A DNA stretch of 64,000 bases from positions 2,272,001 through 2,336,000 of the forward strand of contig CBDHHL010000032.1 of NCBI GenBank assembly GCA_965263355.1, in the 5' to 3' direction. The DNA is from Leptolyngbyaceae cyanobacterium. GTDB lineage: Bacteria; Cyanobacteriota; Cyanobacteriia; Phormidesmidales; Phormidesmidaceae. The notes below the pieces were generated by a model. That model had not been told where the DNA came from and did no database searches. It saw only the letters and a list, made by a program, of their open reading frames with translations. This document shows, piece after piece, positions 37,322 through 48,198 of the stretch (position 1 is the first letter of the stretch; each line of letters begins with the position of its first letter). A program made the translations under genes and the position numbers.

Positions 37322-40201
37322 CTACAGGATCACAAATTCCACTACCATATCGTTGTAGTCGCGATCGCCCAGGCCGCTGATATCTTCAAATCCGAAGATA
37401 TTGTCGCCCAGCAGCTTGGCATGATCGTTGTTACCCTTATTAGCCCCGGCATGGCTAAAGAACACATCATTTGTCGCTGGATCACCGCCCCCAACCACGA
37501 GAAATGTGGCCAAGAAGCCACCTGCAGTCAATTCAGCTGAAAATGTGCTCACCTGGTCATTCTCTCCGGTTAGCTCTATCGCTAGCTTGTTAGCTAAAGC
37601 CGCTGCTTTATAGCCTGCATCACCCGGTCGCAAAATGTTGTTAGTTAAGGGGTCGCGGATACCACCATCAATAAAATCGGTCTTGTAAAGACCAATCGTA
37701 TTATCAAGGGCCGCTTCACGATAAACCCTAAAGTCAACATTGACCAATCCTATTTGGCCACTGAGATCAATGGCCGCAGCATCATTCACTAACAAGTTTG
37801 TTGTTGTTGTTTGGGTAACTGTTTCTACAGTCAGTTGGGTACCGTTACCAAAGTTAAGCCCAACTTCAGTGGTGCTAATGGCGGTTGGTGTTGCTAGTTG
37901 AGTTGTGCCATTCACCACTAGCTGAAACTCTAAAAACTGGCCCTCGCTTATCTGATTGCTATCGATACTAAATCCAGGCATATAGGCAGCGGGTAACTGC
38001 CCCCCTTCAAGCAGAAAGAAATTGCCTATTTGAGTACGGTTGTTGCTATCAACATCAACATCAACAATACGAATCTCACCTACATCAGAGATATTCACCG
38101 ACTCTACCTGCAAGCGTAGGGTGTTGGCACTGCCCAGACCCGTGATTTCTAAGCCTGACAACGGGGTGAGCTGGGCCGGGTTAATCGGCGTTATGATCGC
38201 TTCATTAGTTAGAGTATAGGTCTCATCTATCTCGGGCTCAGTTGTCGGCAACGGATTGCCAATGGGGTCTGTAATATCTTGACTCGCCGCCAAATCTAGC
38301 CCAACAGTACCGTTAAAGGCCGCCAGGTCCCCTCCAGAAACCGTGATGTCGTAGGCAGTGGCACTGATGGCAGTAATGCTTGTAACTTCGGCAGTTGAAC
38401 CACCTGTGACAGTGAAGTCAGTCGTCGTAATGTTTTGGATACTTTCACTAAAGGTGACACGAAACACCAGACTATCCGCATCGGTCTCTGCTGTGGCAGG
38501 TATTTGGCGAGCGATGCTAAGTAGGCTAGGGGACAGGTCGCGGTTAAACGCTGTCAAGGCGGAATCCGTAGCACTTACCGAAAACACCTGCTGGTCATCA
38601 GGGCTAACGGCCACTCCAATCGCTCCAGCTAATTCGTTTGCCCCATTGACACCATCTTGATCCTGAATAACCTGGCTGACCGCTAATCGCCCATTCACAT
38701 CCCGGTCAAATACGGTGATGGCACTGTCCCCAAAGCTACTTACAAATACCTGATTGCCATCGGGGCTAATGGTGACATCCGTAAACCCATCAACGTTAAT
38801 AATCCCGGTACCACCGATGCCGCCAAATAGTTCTGCGTTGTCGTCGCCATCTTGCACAACTTGGGCAAAACTCAGGGTACCGTCGGCATTACGGTCAAAT
38901 ACGGTAATCGCCGCATCGATAGCACTGGCTACATAAACCTGGTTACCATCGGGACTGACCACCACACCCGAGGCCCCAAATAGGTGTTCAGCACCATTCT
39001 GGCCATCTTTTATGGCTTGGCGAAAGGCTACATTACCTGAGGCATCTCGATCAAATACGGTAATTGCCGCATCGTCCCGGCTAGTAACAAATACCTGGTT
39101 ACCCTCAGGGCTAATTGCTACCCCCGAGGCTCCAAATAGTTCATCAGCTCCACCTAAATTATCGGTAACAGTCTGGCGAAAAGTTAAATTACCAGACTCA
39201 TCTCGATCAAATACCGTCAGGGCAGAATCGACAATGCTAACCACAAATATCTGGCTACCGTCAGGACTAATGGCGACATCAATTGCCCCTTCAAGGGTAT
39301 TAATGCCGTCACGGCCATCCTTGAGTAATTGTTGCTCAGTCAGGGTGCCAGTAGCATCACGGTTAAATACTGTCAGGGAATGATCGCCAGTGCTGGCCAC
39401 AAATACTTGACTGCCATCAGGACTGACGGTTACTCCAAAGGCTCCAAATAGTTCATCTACCTCAAAGCTATCTCGAATCACCTGGTTAAAGGTCAAATTA
39501 CCAAATGCATCCAGGTTAAAGACGGTTAGGGCGGCGTCTACTGCACTGGTCACAAACACTTGAGTACCATCGGGACTGACGGTTACTCCTGATGCACCAA
39601 AAAGGCGATTAAGGTTTGGGTCAACAATACCAATTTCCCCATCCTTAATATCTTGCTGAAATGTGAGCACCAGGGTGGCTGTGTAGGCATCAAGCACCGT
39701 TTGCCGAAATGTCTGTGTGGCTACCGGCGGCCACTGGCCATTGCCCACTGCTGTCGCTGAGGCAGTGATCACCGTGCCGGTTAATGCGGCTAGCGCTTGC
39801 ACAAATTCAGTGCCCGCATCGCCTGCGGCCACATGGCAAGCCAAGAGGGTCAGCTGTGCCGCATCCACTGTTCTAAACCAGCTTTGAAGATGCTGGGCGT
39901 AACTGTTCAGATTGTTCAGTTCTAGGTTGCCAGCTCCCAGTTGCATCTCGCCAGGGGCACCGTGGGCCACCAAAGTAAGCGATGCCGTTGGGTGCTGATG
40001 GAGTAGCTCGCTGATTTGCTCAATGCCATCACGGTCTGGGTCAAGCACATGGGCGCTGACACCGGGGCGTAGACCAGCCAGCAACAACGGTAAATCATCT
40101 ACACGACTGTCAAAAACTACCAGCGCCGTTTCGTCAATGGAAATTTGCTGTCCCACGGGCTGACGATGATCAGACTTAGCAGTAGGTGTAGAGGAGGTCA
40201 T
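37322..40201 (-). CDS. Secreted/surface protein: DUF4347 + lactonase-type beta-propeller repeats + Ig-like + DUF4114
   Basis: VVFDSRVDD..LVAHGAPG..LLACHVA (DUF4347); about 7 repeats of V(T/A)(V/I)SPDGxQVFV..D.A(L/I)TVF.RD; C-terminal FGFEDISGLGDRDYNDMVV. Confidence 0.82.
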   Translation of the reverse strand: MTSSTPTAKSDHRQPVGQQISIDETALVVFDSRVDDLPLLLAGLRPGVSAHVLDPDRDGIEQISELLHQHPTASLTLVAHGAPGEMQLGAGNLELNNLNSYAQHLQSWFRTVDAAQLTLLACHVAAGDAGTEFVQALAALTGTVITASATAVGNGQWPPVATQTFRQTVLDAYTATLVLTFQQDIKDGEIGIVDPNLNRLFGASGVTVSPDGTQVFVTSAVDAALTVFNLDAFGNLTFNQVIRDSFEVDELFGAFGVTVSPDGSQVFVASTGDHSLTVFNRDATGTLTEQQLLKDGRDGINTLEGAIDVAISPDGSQIFVVSIVDSALTVFDRDESGNLTFRQTVTDNLGGADELFGASGVAISPEGNQVFVTSRDDAAITVFDRDASGNVAFRQAIKDGQNGAEHLFGASGVVVSPDGNQVYVASAIDAAITVFDRNADGTLSFAQVVQDGDDNAELFGGIGGTGIINVDGFTDVTISPDGNQVFVSSFGDSAITVFDRDVNGRLAVSQVIQDQDGVNGANELAGAIGVAVSPDDQQVFSVSATDSALTAFNRDLSPSLLSIARQIPATAETDADSLVFRVTFSESIQNITTTDFTVTGGSTAEVTSITAISATAYDITVSGGDLAAFNGTVGLDLAASQDITDPIGNPLPTTEPEIDETYTLTNEAIITPINPAQLTPLSGLEITGLGSANTLRLQVESVNISDVGEIRIVDVDVDSNNRTQIGNFFLLEGGQLPAAYMPGFSIDSNQISEGQFLEFQLVVNGTTQLATPTAISTTEVGLNFGNGTQLTVETVTQTTTTNLLVNDAAAIDLSGQIGLVNVDFRVYREAALDNTIGLYKTDFIDGGIRDPLTNNILRPGDAGYKAAALANKLAIELTGENDQVSTFSAELTAGGFLATFLVVGGGDPATNDVFFSHAGANKGNNDHAKLLGDNIFGFEDISGLGDRDYNDMVVEFVIL

Positions 40202-40511
40202 AGGAACTTTTTTACAAACTGATATTGGTAAATCTGACGGGAAAATAGGCTCAGAACTGGCTAAATCAGATCCTTAAAAAGAGCAATTTTTTTCCTATCA
40301 AGATGTCCAGTGACCTTGCTAATCATCAGTATCCTTAACGAACAAACATGAAACATTTATGGCTCTTTACAAGAGCCATAAACTTTGGTTCCGATAACTC
40401 ACTTCTATAGTTGGAACAACAACCTGCAGGACGCTAGGGTCCCAAAAAGGACTTACTGAATAAACGGTAAAAGCCCTTATGATGTAGCCTGACCACCGGT
40501 ATTTATTCTCC

Positions 40512-42122
40512 ATGTTCTTAGATAGCGCTTTGCCCGATTTACACGGTGTTTTAGCCACCGCCGCTGCCGACGTGGTCATTGAAAATGAGGCCATCGAGGA
40601 GAACCTGCGCCAGTTTTTGCTAGTCCTGTCAGTCTCGTTAGGGGTGGCTACGCTGTCACGCGTGGTCAGCTGGCTACGGAATATTCCCTACACCCTGTTG
40701 CTGTTGCTGGTGGGATTAGGTCTGGCGGTACTTAATGTGCGGCTGGTTAACTTGTCACCTGAGCTAATTTTATTCATTTTCCTGCCGCCGTTATTGTTTG
40801 AGGCGGCCTGGAATATTAAGTGGGAAAACCTTAAGCGTGATTGGGTGCCCATTGTGCTCTATGCCATCATTGGCGTGGTGATTTGTGTTGGGGCACTACT
40901 TTGGGGATTAATCAATGTCGCTGGCGCTTCCTTAGCCACGGCATTGCTGGTAGGGGCCAGCCTATCAGCCACCGATCCGGTTTCGGTGGTGGCCCTATTT
41001 CGTGAACTAGGGGTAAATAAACGGCTGACCACCCTGATGGAGGGGGAAAGTCTGTTTAACGATGGGGTGGCTGTAGTCGCGTTTAACTTGGTGATTGGTA
41101 TCGCACTGGGGGTGGAGCGGTTTGACCTGTCAGTTACCATTGCTCAGTTTTTAGTATTTACTGGCATCGGCGTTAGTGTCGGCGCGCTCATCGGCTTCGG
41201 TATTTCGTTTTTGACCCAGCGCTTTGACCTGCCTTTAGTGGAACAGTCGCTTACACTGGTGTCGGCCTATGGCACCTACATTGTGGCGGAAGAGTTGGGG
41301 GGCTCTGGTGTCATCGCAGTGGTGACTACGGCACTAATTTTGGGGAATTTTGGATCCCGTATTGGCATGAACCCCCGTACCCGGTTGGTGGTATCAGAAT
41401 TTTGGGAGTTTTTAGCGTTTTTTGTTAACTCCATTGTATTTTTGCTGATTGGGGATCAGGTGGAGTTTAGTAGTCTGAGTAATTACTTGGATTCAATTTT
41501 GATTGCGATCGCAATCATGCTGTTAGCCCGTCTGATCAGCGTCTTTGGCCTCAGCTTTTTTAGCAATATGGTCACCCCAGACAACGAAGACATTAGCTGG
41601 CAGGGCCAGACCGTCCTATGGTGGGGAGGGCTACGTGGGTCCGTTTCGATAGCCCTGGCCTTGAGTGTGCCCGCTGCCCTGGCTGAGCGAGAAGAGATCA
41701 TTGCCACGGTCTTTGGCGTCATGTTATTCACCCTGTTGGTCCAGGGATTAACCACCAAGTCATTGTTGGAAGTCCTTGATCTCCTAGGCGATCAACCCTT
41801 GCGGCAGCAGTACATGCAAAGCGTTGCTCGACGAGTTGCCTTAAACCGTGTCATCTGTCGCGTCAACGAACTCATAGAGCGGCAAGAAGTGGATAATGAA
41901 TTTGGCCGCTATCAGTTAGCTCTGGTGGAAGGACAGGTGCAGAAGCTGCAGGAAGAACTGCAAACGATGCAGGCCAGTCATCCCGAACTCCAAACCTTTG
42001 CCGCAGAACAGATCAAAGAGGAATTATTAGCCATTGAGTCCGATACCTATGCAGAGTTTATTCGAGCCGGGCAACTTAAGGATGAACTGGCCCCGCTCCT
42101 GCAGGACGTACTGTCAGATTAA
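40512..42122 (+). CDS. CPA1 Na+/H+ antiporter (NhaP/NhaS1-like)
   Basis: FLPPLLFEAA, SATDPVSV, EGESLFNDG, GGLRGSVSIALAL, VQGLT. Confidence 0.92.
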   Translation: MFLDSALPDLHGVLATAAADVVIENEAIEENLRQFLLVLSVSLGVATLSRVVSWLRNIPYTLLLLLVGLGLAVLNVRLVNLSPELILFIFLPPLLFEAAWNIKWENLKRDWVPIVLYAIIGVVICVGALLWGLINVAGASLATALLVGASLSATDPVSVVALFRELGVNKRLTTLMEGESLFNDGVAVVAFNLVIGIALGVERFDLSVTIAQFLVFTGIGVSVGALIGFGISFLTQRFDLPLVEQSLTLVSAYGTYIVAEELGGSGVIAVVTTALILGNFGSRIGMNPRTRLVVSEFWEFLAFFVNSIVFLLIGDQVEFSSLSNYLDSILIAIAIMLLARLISVFGLSFFSNMVTPDNEDISWQGQTVLWWGGLRGSVSIALALSVPAALAEREEIIATVFGVMLFTLLVQGLTTKSLLEVLDLLGDQPLRQQYMQSVARRVALNRVICRVNELIERQEVDNEFGRYQLALVEGQVQKLQEELQTMQASHPELQTFAAEQIKEELLAIESDTYAEFIRAGQLKDELAPLLQDVLSD

Positions 42123-42444
42123 CCCGTCAGGCTTGTTTCATGACAATCTCTACCCAAGGTTCGGAAACCATTTGTCGAGCGTACAATCTGTAGTCATATA
42201 TTATGACTAGCTAATATTGAAAAGTGGATAAAGTGTTAAATCTGTATTGAATTGGGTATTAAGTATTGAACTTTTATAGGGTGCTGGTAAATCAAATGTG
42301 GGCAATCGCTGGCTAGGATTTAGTTTATAGCAGTGCTTTACACTGTACGGACTAGATTACAAAGGTCTGGTATCCTCAGTACTCCAGGCTCTAGAAGGGT
42401 ATTATTCCACTATCCAGCCAGTTTATGCAGGTATAGGAGTTTTT

Positions 42445-43458
42445 ATGAAGGCGTTTGTAACTGGCAGTACTGGTTTGCTTGGCAGCAACCTGACAAAATT
42501 ATTACTAAGTCAGGGATTTGAGGTCATTGCATTAACCCGTGAATTAACTAAAGCCAGTAAGGTTCTAGAAGAGCACCCAAGTTTGAAGGTGGTGCAAGGC
42601 GATATGCAAGAAGTTGCAGATTTTGCCCACTACTTGCAAGGCTGCGATGTTTTATTTCACACTGCATCTTACTTTCGAGAGTCCTTTGATTATGGCGATC
42701 ATTGGCATCAACTCAAAGCCATCAATGTAGACGCCACCATTAAGCTACTCGAAGCTGCAGATAAAGCAGGCGTATCCAAGGTAATTTATGTTAGCGATGC
42801 CTGTGGCTGTGTCGGCATCATTCGTGGGGGTGCTCCCAGCAATGAGGCCACACCATTCCAGGAATTTAATCATAAAAATCCTTATTTTAAGAGTAAGCTC
42901 ATGGCCGAGGAGGCCATCTCTAACTTTATTAAGGGTCACAAGCTGCCTGTGGTCTTGATTTTGCCAGCAGGCATGCTCGGCCCTAGTGATGCTGCGCCCA
43001 CCGAAATGGGTCGCTTTATTCTTAATGTGATGAAAGGAAACTCACCGTTGATCCCTAGCGGCGGCTTTCCCTTGGTAGATGCCCGTGATGTGGCCATGAC
43101 CATGATTTCTGCTTTATATTCGGGGCAACCTAACGAGCGCTATGTAGTGTCAGGGGGCTATTATTCAGTCAATGAAATTATGCATGATGTTGCTGAAGTT
43201 AGCGGTCAGCGCATCCCTAACCGAAAGCTTCCCTGGCTTTTCGTACCTCTATGGGCATTTATCCAAAACCTGATTAGTCGGATTAAAGGCAAGAAACCCT
43301 TTATCCATGGCGACATGGTAAGAGTAATGCTATCCAGGCAATGGTTTGATGTGAGCAAAGCTAACCAGACCCTCAAAGCCACCTATCGTCCCTTCAAAGA
43401 GACTATTAAAGATACGGTGCAGTGGTATCAACAAAATGGATATGTGCGCGATGTTTAA
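42445..43458 (+). CDS. Extended SDR, dihydroflavonol-reductase/HpnA-like NAD(P)-dependent oxidoreductase
   Basis: VTGSTGLLGS, FHTAS, YFKSK, GPSD, VDARDVA. Confidence 0.85.
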   Translation: MKAFVTGSTGLLGSNLTKLLLSQGFEVIALTRELTKASKVLEEHPSLKVVQGDMQEVADFAHYLQGCDVLFHTASYFRESFDYGDHWHQLKAINVDATIKLLEAADKAGVSKVIYVSDACGCVGIIRGGAPSNEATPFQEFNHKNPYFKSKLMAEEAISNFIKGHKLPVVLILPAGMLGPSDAAPTEMGRFILNVMKGNSPLIPSGGFPLVDARDVAMTMISALYSGQPNERYVVSGGYYSVNEIMHDVAEVSGQRIPNRKLPWLFVPLWAFIQNLISRIKGKKPFIHGDMVRVMLSRQWFDVSKANQTLKATYRPFKETIKDTVQWYQQNGYVRDV

Positions 43459-43608
43459 GGGGCCATTTCGGTAGCATCACGGCTTTCTGTGAATACTAAA
43501 CCTGTCCATGTCCAGAACGGTCATTTTTCCGTAGAAGACCTACAGGTCTCAACTTGGACATAGTTTAGGTTGTGGTGTGAAATATCCTATCTACCGGAGA
43601 CGTTACCT

Positions 43609-46600
43609 ATGGTACAGAGCAAACATTGTGCCCTTCTCATCATTGGCAGCTTGTTCATTGGTGTGGAAGATGTCTGTGCCCAGTCAATCGTTCCCAATGG
43701 AGCTAACACCTCAGTCACCAATGTCAATGGTGACCATCAGGTTACTGGAGGAACTGCATCCAACGGTGGCCAGAATCTATTTCATAGTTTTGAGCAATTT
43801 GGCCTCACGTCTAACGAATCTGCCACCTTTGTCACCCAGCCTAATGTGGTCAATGTATTGGGGCAGATCAATGGAGGTAGCCCTTCGATTATCAATGGTC
43901 AGTTAGGGATTACTGGCAGTACGGCCAACTTATTTTTATTGAACCCAGCGGGAGTGGTGTTTGGGCCAGATGCCACCCTGGCATTGCCCAGAAATCTAAG
44001 TGTTTCAACGGCTGATGGGGTGGCCTTTGGAGACAATATTTTAGAGGTCATGGGCACCTCTGACTATGGCAGTCTAGTTGGCAATCCCACTGGGCTAGTC
44101 TTTCGATTTAGTACCCCTGGGTCGATCATTAATGCCGCGAACCTTAACCTCGGTGTGAATAACTCCCTGATGTTAGCAGGGGAAACCGTTGTATCAACGG
44201 GCAATATATCGGCTGGAGAGGTTGCGATCGCAGCTGTCCCCGGTGAACAACTCATCCGGCTTAACCCAGATGGAGCGATCCTCGGCTATGACATCGCCCC
44301 CAGTGGCGACAACGGTTTGTTATCTCCCCTGAGCCTTCCAGAACTCTTGACTGGTGCTGGTGATATTGCCAACAGTTTACAGCTAGACACTGATGGCACC
44401 GTACGGCTAGTTAATCATGGGTTAGCTATTCCAGACACACCGGGCACAACCATCGTAAATGGTGATATCACTGCCAGTGAGATTACCCTATTAGGAGACA
44501 TTGTCGGTGTTGTCGATAGTCTGCTAGCAGCTAGCGGTCCCGATGGCGGTGGTGCTATCTCCATTGGTGGCAGCTATCAGGGACAGGGACCTTTGCCCAA
44601 TGCCAAGATTACCTATATCAGTGCTGATTCGGTATTAAATGCCAGTGCTACCGTTAATGGGGATGGTGGCGAGATTATTGTCTGGAGCGATCAGACTACC
44701 CATGCCCTGGGTCAATTTTTAGCCCTAGGAGGACCCAGTGGCGGTAACGGTGGTTTAATCGAAACCAGTGGCCGACAAGGATTAACATTGGGCACCACTG
44801 CTCCCGATGTGTCGGCACCAGCAGGATTAGCTGGCCTATGGTTAATTGACCCATTTAATGTGGTGATTGGTGAATTTGAAACCTCTACCGAATTTTCTGA
44901 AGGAGATGTCTTTAGTCCAATTGCGTCTCCAGCTGAGTTAGATGTCGACCTTATTGTCAATGCCCTGAAAGATGGCAATGTTACGATAACGACAGGAACT
45001 GAGGGGCAAGAAGAGGGAACTATCACCCTCATCAGTGACCTGCTCTATGAGAATTTAGCAGGTCAAACAAACACATTAACGTTAGAAGCGGCAGGAAGTA
45101 TTTTTATCAATGCCAGTATCGAGCCTCTGTCGTTTAGTAATCCTATCAATATCAACCTTTTAGCCGACTCTGACAACACAGGTAATGGTCAGGTTGTTAT
45201 CGGTAATGGAGGAAATACTGATTTTTTCAGCGATATCGACACAGCTGGTGGGAATCTTACAGTAGAAGCAGATAGTACAACCTTAACTGGTATAACAGAC
45301 CCATCAGCCATCATTCTTGATAATTTTACAACGATCTCGACGTTTGATCGGTTTGGCGACGGAGAGACAGGTGGAACTGTTTTTCTAGAAGGGATTGCCA
45401 GCAGTGGTAAGGGGATTCAGCTGAGAACTGAATCTGCTCTTAGAGCTGCAAGCGATGTCACATTAATCGGTGATTCTAATGGCGATGTCGGCGTCTCCAT
45501 TGAGGGTGAACTTGAGATTAGTAATGGCTCTTTACTGGTAACGGGTAACAGCACAAACAACCCAGTCGGTATTTTTACATCAACTGATCTGCAGACTAAT
45601 ATTAACAACAATAGTCAAATTATTCTCACCAGTGACAGTGATATTCAAGTTGAGGGTTTGCGTGCCGGTGGCGATATTACAGTGACAACGCCAGCCTTCT
45701 TTAGGGCATCAGGCATCATTTTTAATGGAGAAATAGACGGGGAGATACCAGGAGAAATAGACGGAGAGATACCAGGAGAAATAGACGGGGAGATACCAGG
45801 AGAAATAGACGGAGAGATACCAGGAGAAATAGACGGAGAGATACCAGGAGAAATAGAAATAAGACCGCTTGGCAGCATTATTAGTGAGACTGGCCAGGTC
45901 ATTATTACCCACGGTGGTAATGGCCTAACTACGTTTGATGTAGGCAACGACTTGGTCAACGGTACGGCAGCTGCAATTGTTGCCACATCGGACGAGATAC
46001 AACCCCCTGCTTCCTTTACAGAAAGTTTCATAGCAATCAATGAAACTATTTCTATTTTGACTGGGGAAGTTGACCCAACAGTCCCGGTAGTCCCGGTAGT
46101 CCCGGTAGTCCCGACAGTCCCGGTAGTCCCGACAGTCCCGACAGTCCCGACAGTCCCGGCAGGTCCAGAAGAAGAACTTCCAGAAGTGGGCTGTATTGTG
46201 GACTGCCAAGAGATTCCTGTCAATCCTGATACAACGTCTATTGCAATTGACGATGCGATTATTGATATCGACTCAAATCGATTGCTCGGCGATGAGAGAG
46301 CTATTCGCCAGATTGACAATAGCTATACAAATAGTTATCAAAGCTATCTCAATTTAGGTAATGATGAATCACCGACCTTTAACATACCTCAGGTACAGAC
46401 CGATCTAGCCTTGGTAACTGAAAAAACTGGCATTCGTCCAGCCATTGTCTATGTTTCATTTGTCCCCAACAGGGACAAATCGGTTACCAATAGACAACTA
46501 TCTAAACAACAGATCGAAATAGGACAAGAAATTCAACCAACGGATGTTTTGGAATTGGTGGTGGTTACCCCTGAGGGTAAACCAATCCTCAAAACCCTAC

Positions 46601-47574
46601 CGATACAACAGGAGCAAGTATTAAAAACAGCGGCTCGGTTTCGCGCTAATGTCACTAATCTGGGACGAGTGCAGACGCAAACCTATCTCAGTGCTGCTCA
46701 GACATTACATGATTGGCTGATTGCTCCCCTAGAAGCAGAACTAGAACAGCGAGGGATTGGTAACCTGGCCTTTGTGATGCCCCCTGGATTGCGATCGCTC
46801 CCCGTATCTGCCCTCCATAACGGCGAGCAATTTCTGATTGAGCGCTACAGTGTCGGTCTAATGCCCAGCGTCAGTTTAACGGATCTGAGCTATGTAGATA
46901 TACGTGACTCTGAGGTATTGGCCATGGGGGCATCTGACTTTGCTGATCAACCCAAGTTGCCAGCGGTCCCCCTTGAACTCAGCACCATTGCCAATAAACT
47001 ATGGTCTGGTGATTTCGTTATCAATGAAACCTTTACCCCCGATTCCCTGGTGGCCAGTCGGACATTAAAACCCTATGGTATTGTCCATTTGGCTACCCAT
47101 AGTGAATTTAGGGCAGGTAGTCTTGATAACTCCTACATTCAGTTTTGGGATCAACGTCTGAGCCTTGACCAGGTTCGTTCCTTGGAGCTTAACAATCCCC
47201 CGGTTGAGCTTATGGTTCTCAGTGCCTGTCGTACCGCCCTAGGCAATGAGGAAGCTGAGTTAGGCTTTGCCGGTTTTGCTGTCCAGGCGGGTGTTAAAAC
47301 TGCCATTGCCAGCCTATGGAAAGTAGACGATGTCGGCACAGCGGGCTTAATGACCCAGTTTTATACGAGTTTACAAACCGAGCCCATCAAGGCCGAAGCC
47401 CTGCGTCAGGCACAGTTAGCCATGATCAATGGCGATATTCGAGTCGAGAATGGCCAATTGCGCTGGTCCGGAGGCACACTACCGCTGCCCGATAATTTAG
47501 CCTGGGTTGACAGTAGCCTATTTTCCCATCCCTATTTCTGGGCCTCCTTTACCTCCATTGGCAGTCCTTGGTGA
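43609..47574 (+). CDS. Filamentous haemagglutinin N-terminal (TPS) domain + CHAT (caspase-like) domain protein
   Basis: Signal peptide then NLFHSFEQF, NLFLLNPAGVVFG, GGNGGLIETSG; C-terminal VHLATHS, VLSACRTA, SLWKVDD, HPYFWASF. Confidence 0.9.
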   Translation: MVQSKHCALLIIGSLFIGVEDVCAQSIVPNGANTSVTNVNGDHQVTGGTASNGGQNLFHSFEQFGLTSNESATFVTQPNVVNVLGQINGGSPSIINGQLGITGSTANLFLLNPAGVVFGPDATLALPRNLSVSTADGVAFGDNILEVMGTSDYGSLVGNPTGLVFRFSTPGSIINAANLNLGVNNSLMLAGETVVSTGNISAGEVAIAAVPGEQLIRLNPDGAILGYDIAPSGDNGLLSPLSLPELLTGAGDIANSLQLDTDGTVRLVNHGLAIPDTPGTTIVNGDITASEITLLGDIVGVVDSLLAASGPDGGGAISIGGSYQGQGPLPNAKITYISADSVLNASATVNGDGGEIIVWSDQTTHALGQFLALGGPSGGNGGLIETSGRQGLTLGTTAPDVSAPAGLAGLWLIDPFNVVIGEFETSTEFSEGDVFSPIASPAELDVDLIVNALKDGNVTITTGTEGQEEGTITLISDLLYENLAGQTNTLTLEAAGSIFINASIEPLSFSNPININLLADSDNTGNGQVVIGNGGNTDFFSDIDTAGGNLTVEADSTTLTGITDPSAIILDNFTTISTFDRFGDGETGGTVFLEGIASSGKGIQLRTESALRAASDVTLIGDSNGDVGVSIEGELEISNGSLLVTGNSTNNPVGIFTSTDLQTNINNNSQIILTSDSDIQVEGLRAGGDITVTTPAFFRASGIIFNGEIDGEIPGEIDGEIPGEIDGEIPGEIDGEIPGEIDGEIPGEIEIRPLGSIISETGQVIITHGGNGLTTFDVGNDLVNGTAAAIVATSDEIQPPASFTESFIAINETISILTGEVDPTVPVVPVVPVVPTVPVVPTVPTVPTVPAGPEEELPEVGCIVDCQEIPVNPDTTSIAIDDAIIDIDSNRLLGDERAIRQIDNSYTNSYQSYLNLGNDESPTFNIPQVQTDLALVTEKTGIRPAIVYVSFVPNRDKSVTNRQLSKQQIEIGQEIQPTDVLELVVVTPEGKPILKTLPIQQEQVLKTAARFRANVTNLGRVQTQTYLSAAQTLHDWLIAPLEAELEQRGIGNLAFVMPPGLRSLPVSALHNGEQFLIERYSVGLMPSVSLTDLSYVDIRDSEVLAMGASDFADQPKLPAVPLELSTIANKLWSGDFVINETFTPDSLVASRTLKPYGIVHLATHSEFRAGSLDNSYIQFWDQRLSLDQVRSLELNNPPVELMVLSACRTALGNEEAELGFAGFAVQAGVKTAIASLWKVDDVGTAGLMTQFYTSLQTEPIKAEALRQAQLAMINGDIRVENGQLRWSGGTLPLPDNLAWVDSSLFSHPYFWASFTSIGSPW
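45727..45856 (+). repeat. 24-bp coding tandem repeat (GEIDGEIP x5 plus partial)
   Basis: ggagaaatagacgg(g/a)gagatacca repeated five times in frame. Confidence 0.9.
46075..46157 (+). repeat. 9-bp coding tandem repeat (PVV/PTV x9)
   Basis: ccggtagtc/ccgacagtc units in frame. Confidence 0.88.
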
Positions 47575-47826
47575 GGCAAGCTTTTTCATATCAATGCTCT
47601 TGTAGATTAAAATATTTTGTGGCTTAGTTGTGGATCGAACATCGTCAATTTTGTTTCTATATTCGTCTAGCAGCTCAATTTATCTCACTTCTAAGCTCTG
47701 ATTTGTCTGTCTCCAGATTGGACTGTAGTATTGGGAATTGTTTTATCAGTAGCATAGAAAAATCACCATTTAATCTTGTTGAAAAGTCTGCAAGGCGGCA
47801 ACCCAGAAACTGCCAGTCACAATCAG

Positions 47827-47869
47827 GACTACTAAGACAATGAATAGAATAATCATTGTCTTAGTAGTC
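47827..47869. repeat. Perfect 17-bp inverted repeat (9-nt loop)
   Basis: GACTACTAAGACAATGA-atagaataa-TCATTGTCTTAGTAGTC. Confidence 0.8.
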
Positions 47870-48198
47870 TCCTTCGTCAGGTATGACAAGAACGATACGC
47901 GGACGATATGCGGACGTTCTCAGGACGTTCCTTTGAATAGCCTGTTATTAAAGCAATAACAGGACACATACGACGTTGACTCGGCTCATAGTCATTTTGG
48001 ATTCCAGCAACCGCTGATCAGCCAATGTCTTTGCTTTAGTTTCAGCCTGATTAAATGCAGACTGCTGAGCAGGGGGTTCCGCTGCAACATCCAAATTTTT
48101 GCGAATATCGCTAGCTGGAGCGGACTGATTCTGAAGTATCGGCTACACTCAAAGGCATCGGCAAGCCACTTGGCTCAAGAACCATATAAGCACATTTT

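Noticed and set aside
42445..43458. Ketosphinganine/ceramide reductase of the lipid cluster
   Set aside because: Generic extended SDR about 7.5 kb outside the cluster; no positional or motif support.
45727..45856. CRISPR array
   Set aside because: Repeats are contiguous with no spacers and are in frame within a CDS; no cas genes.
45645..46319. Minus-strand repetitive ORFs (224 aa, 67 aa, 94 aa with CRD repeats)
   Set aside because: Antisense shadows of the coding tandem repeats in the CHAT protein.
47945..48140. Minus-strand coding-like stretch (DIRKNLDVAAEPPAQQ...)
   Set aside because: Bounded by a stop with no start codon upstream; no recognisable family; at most a remnant.
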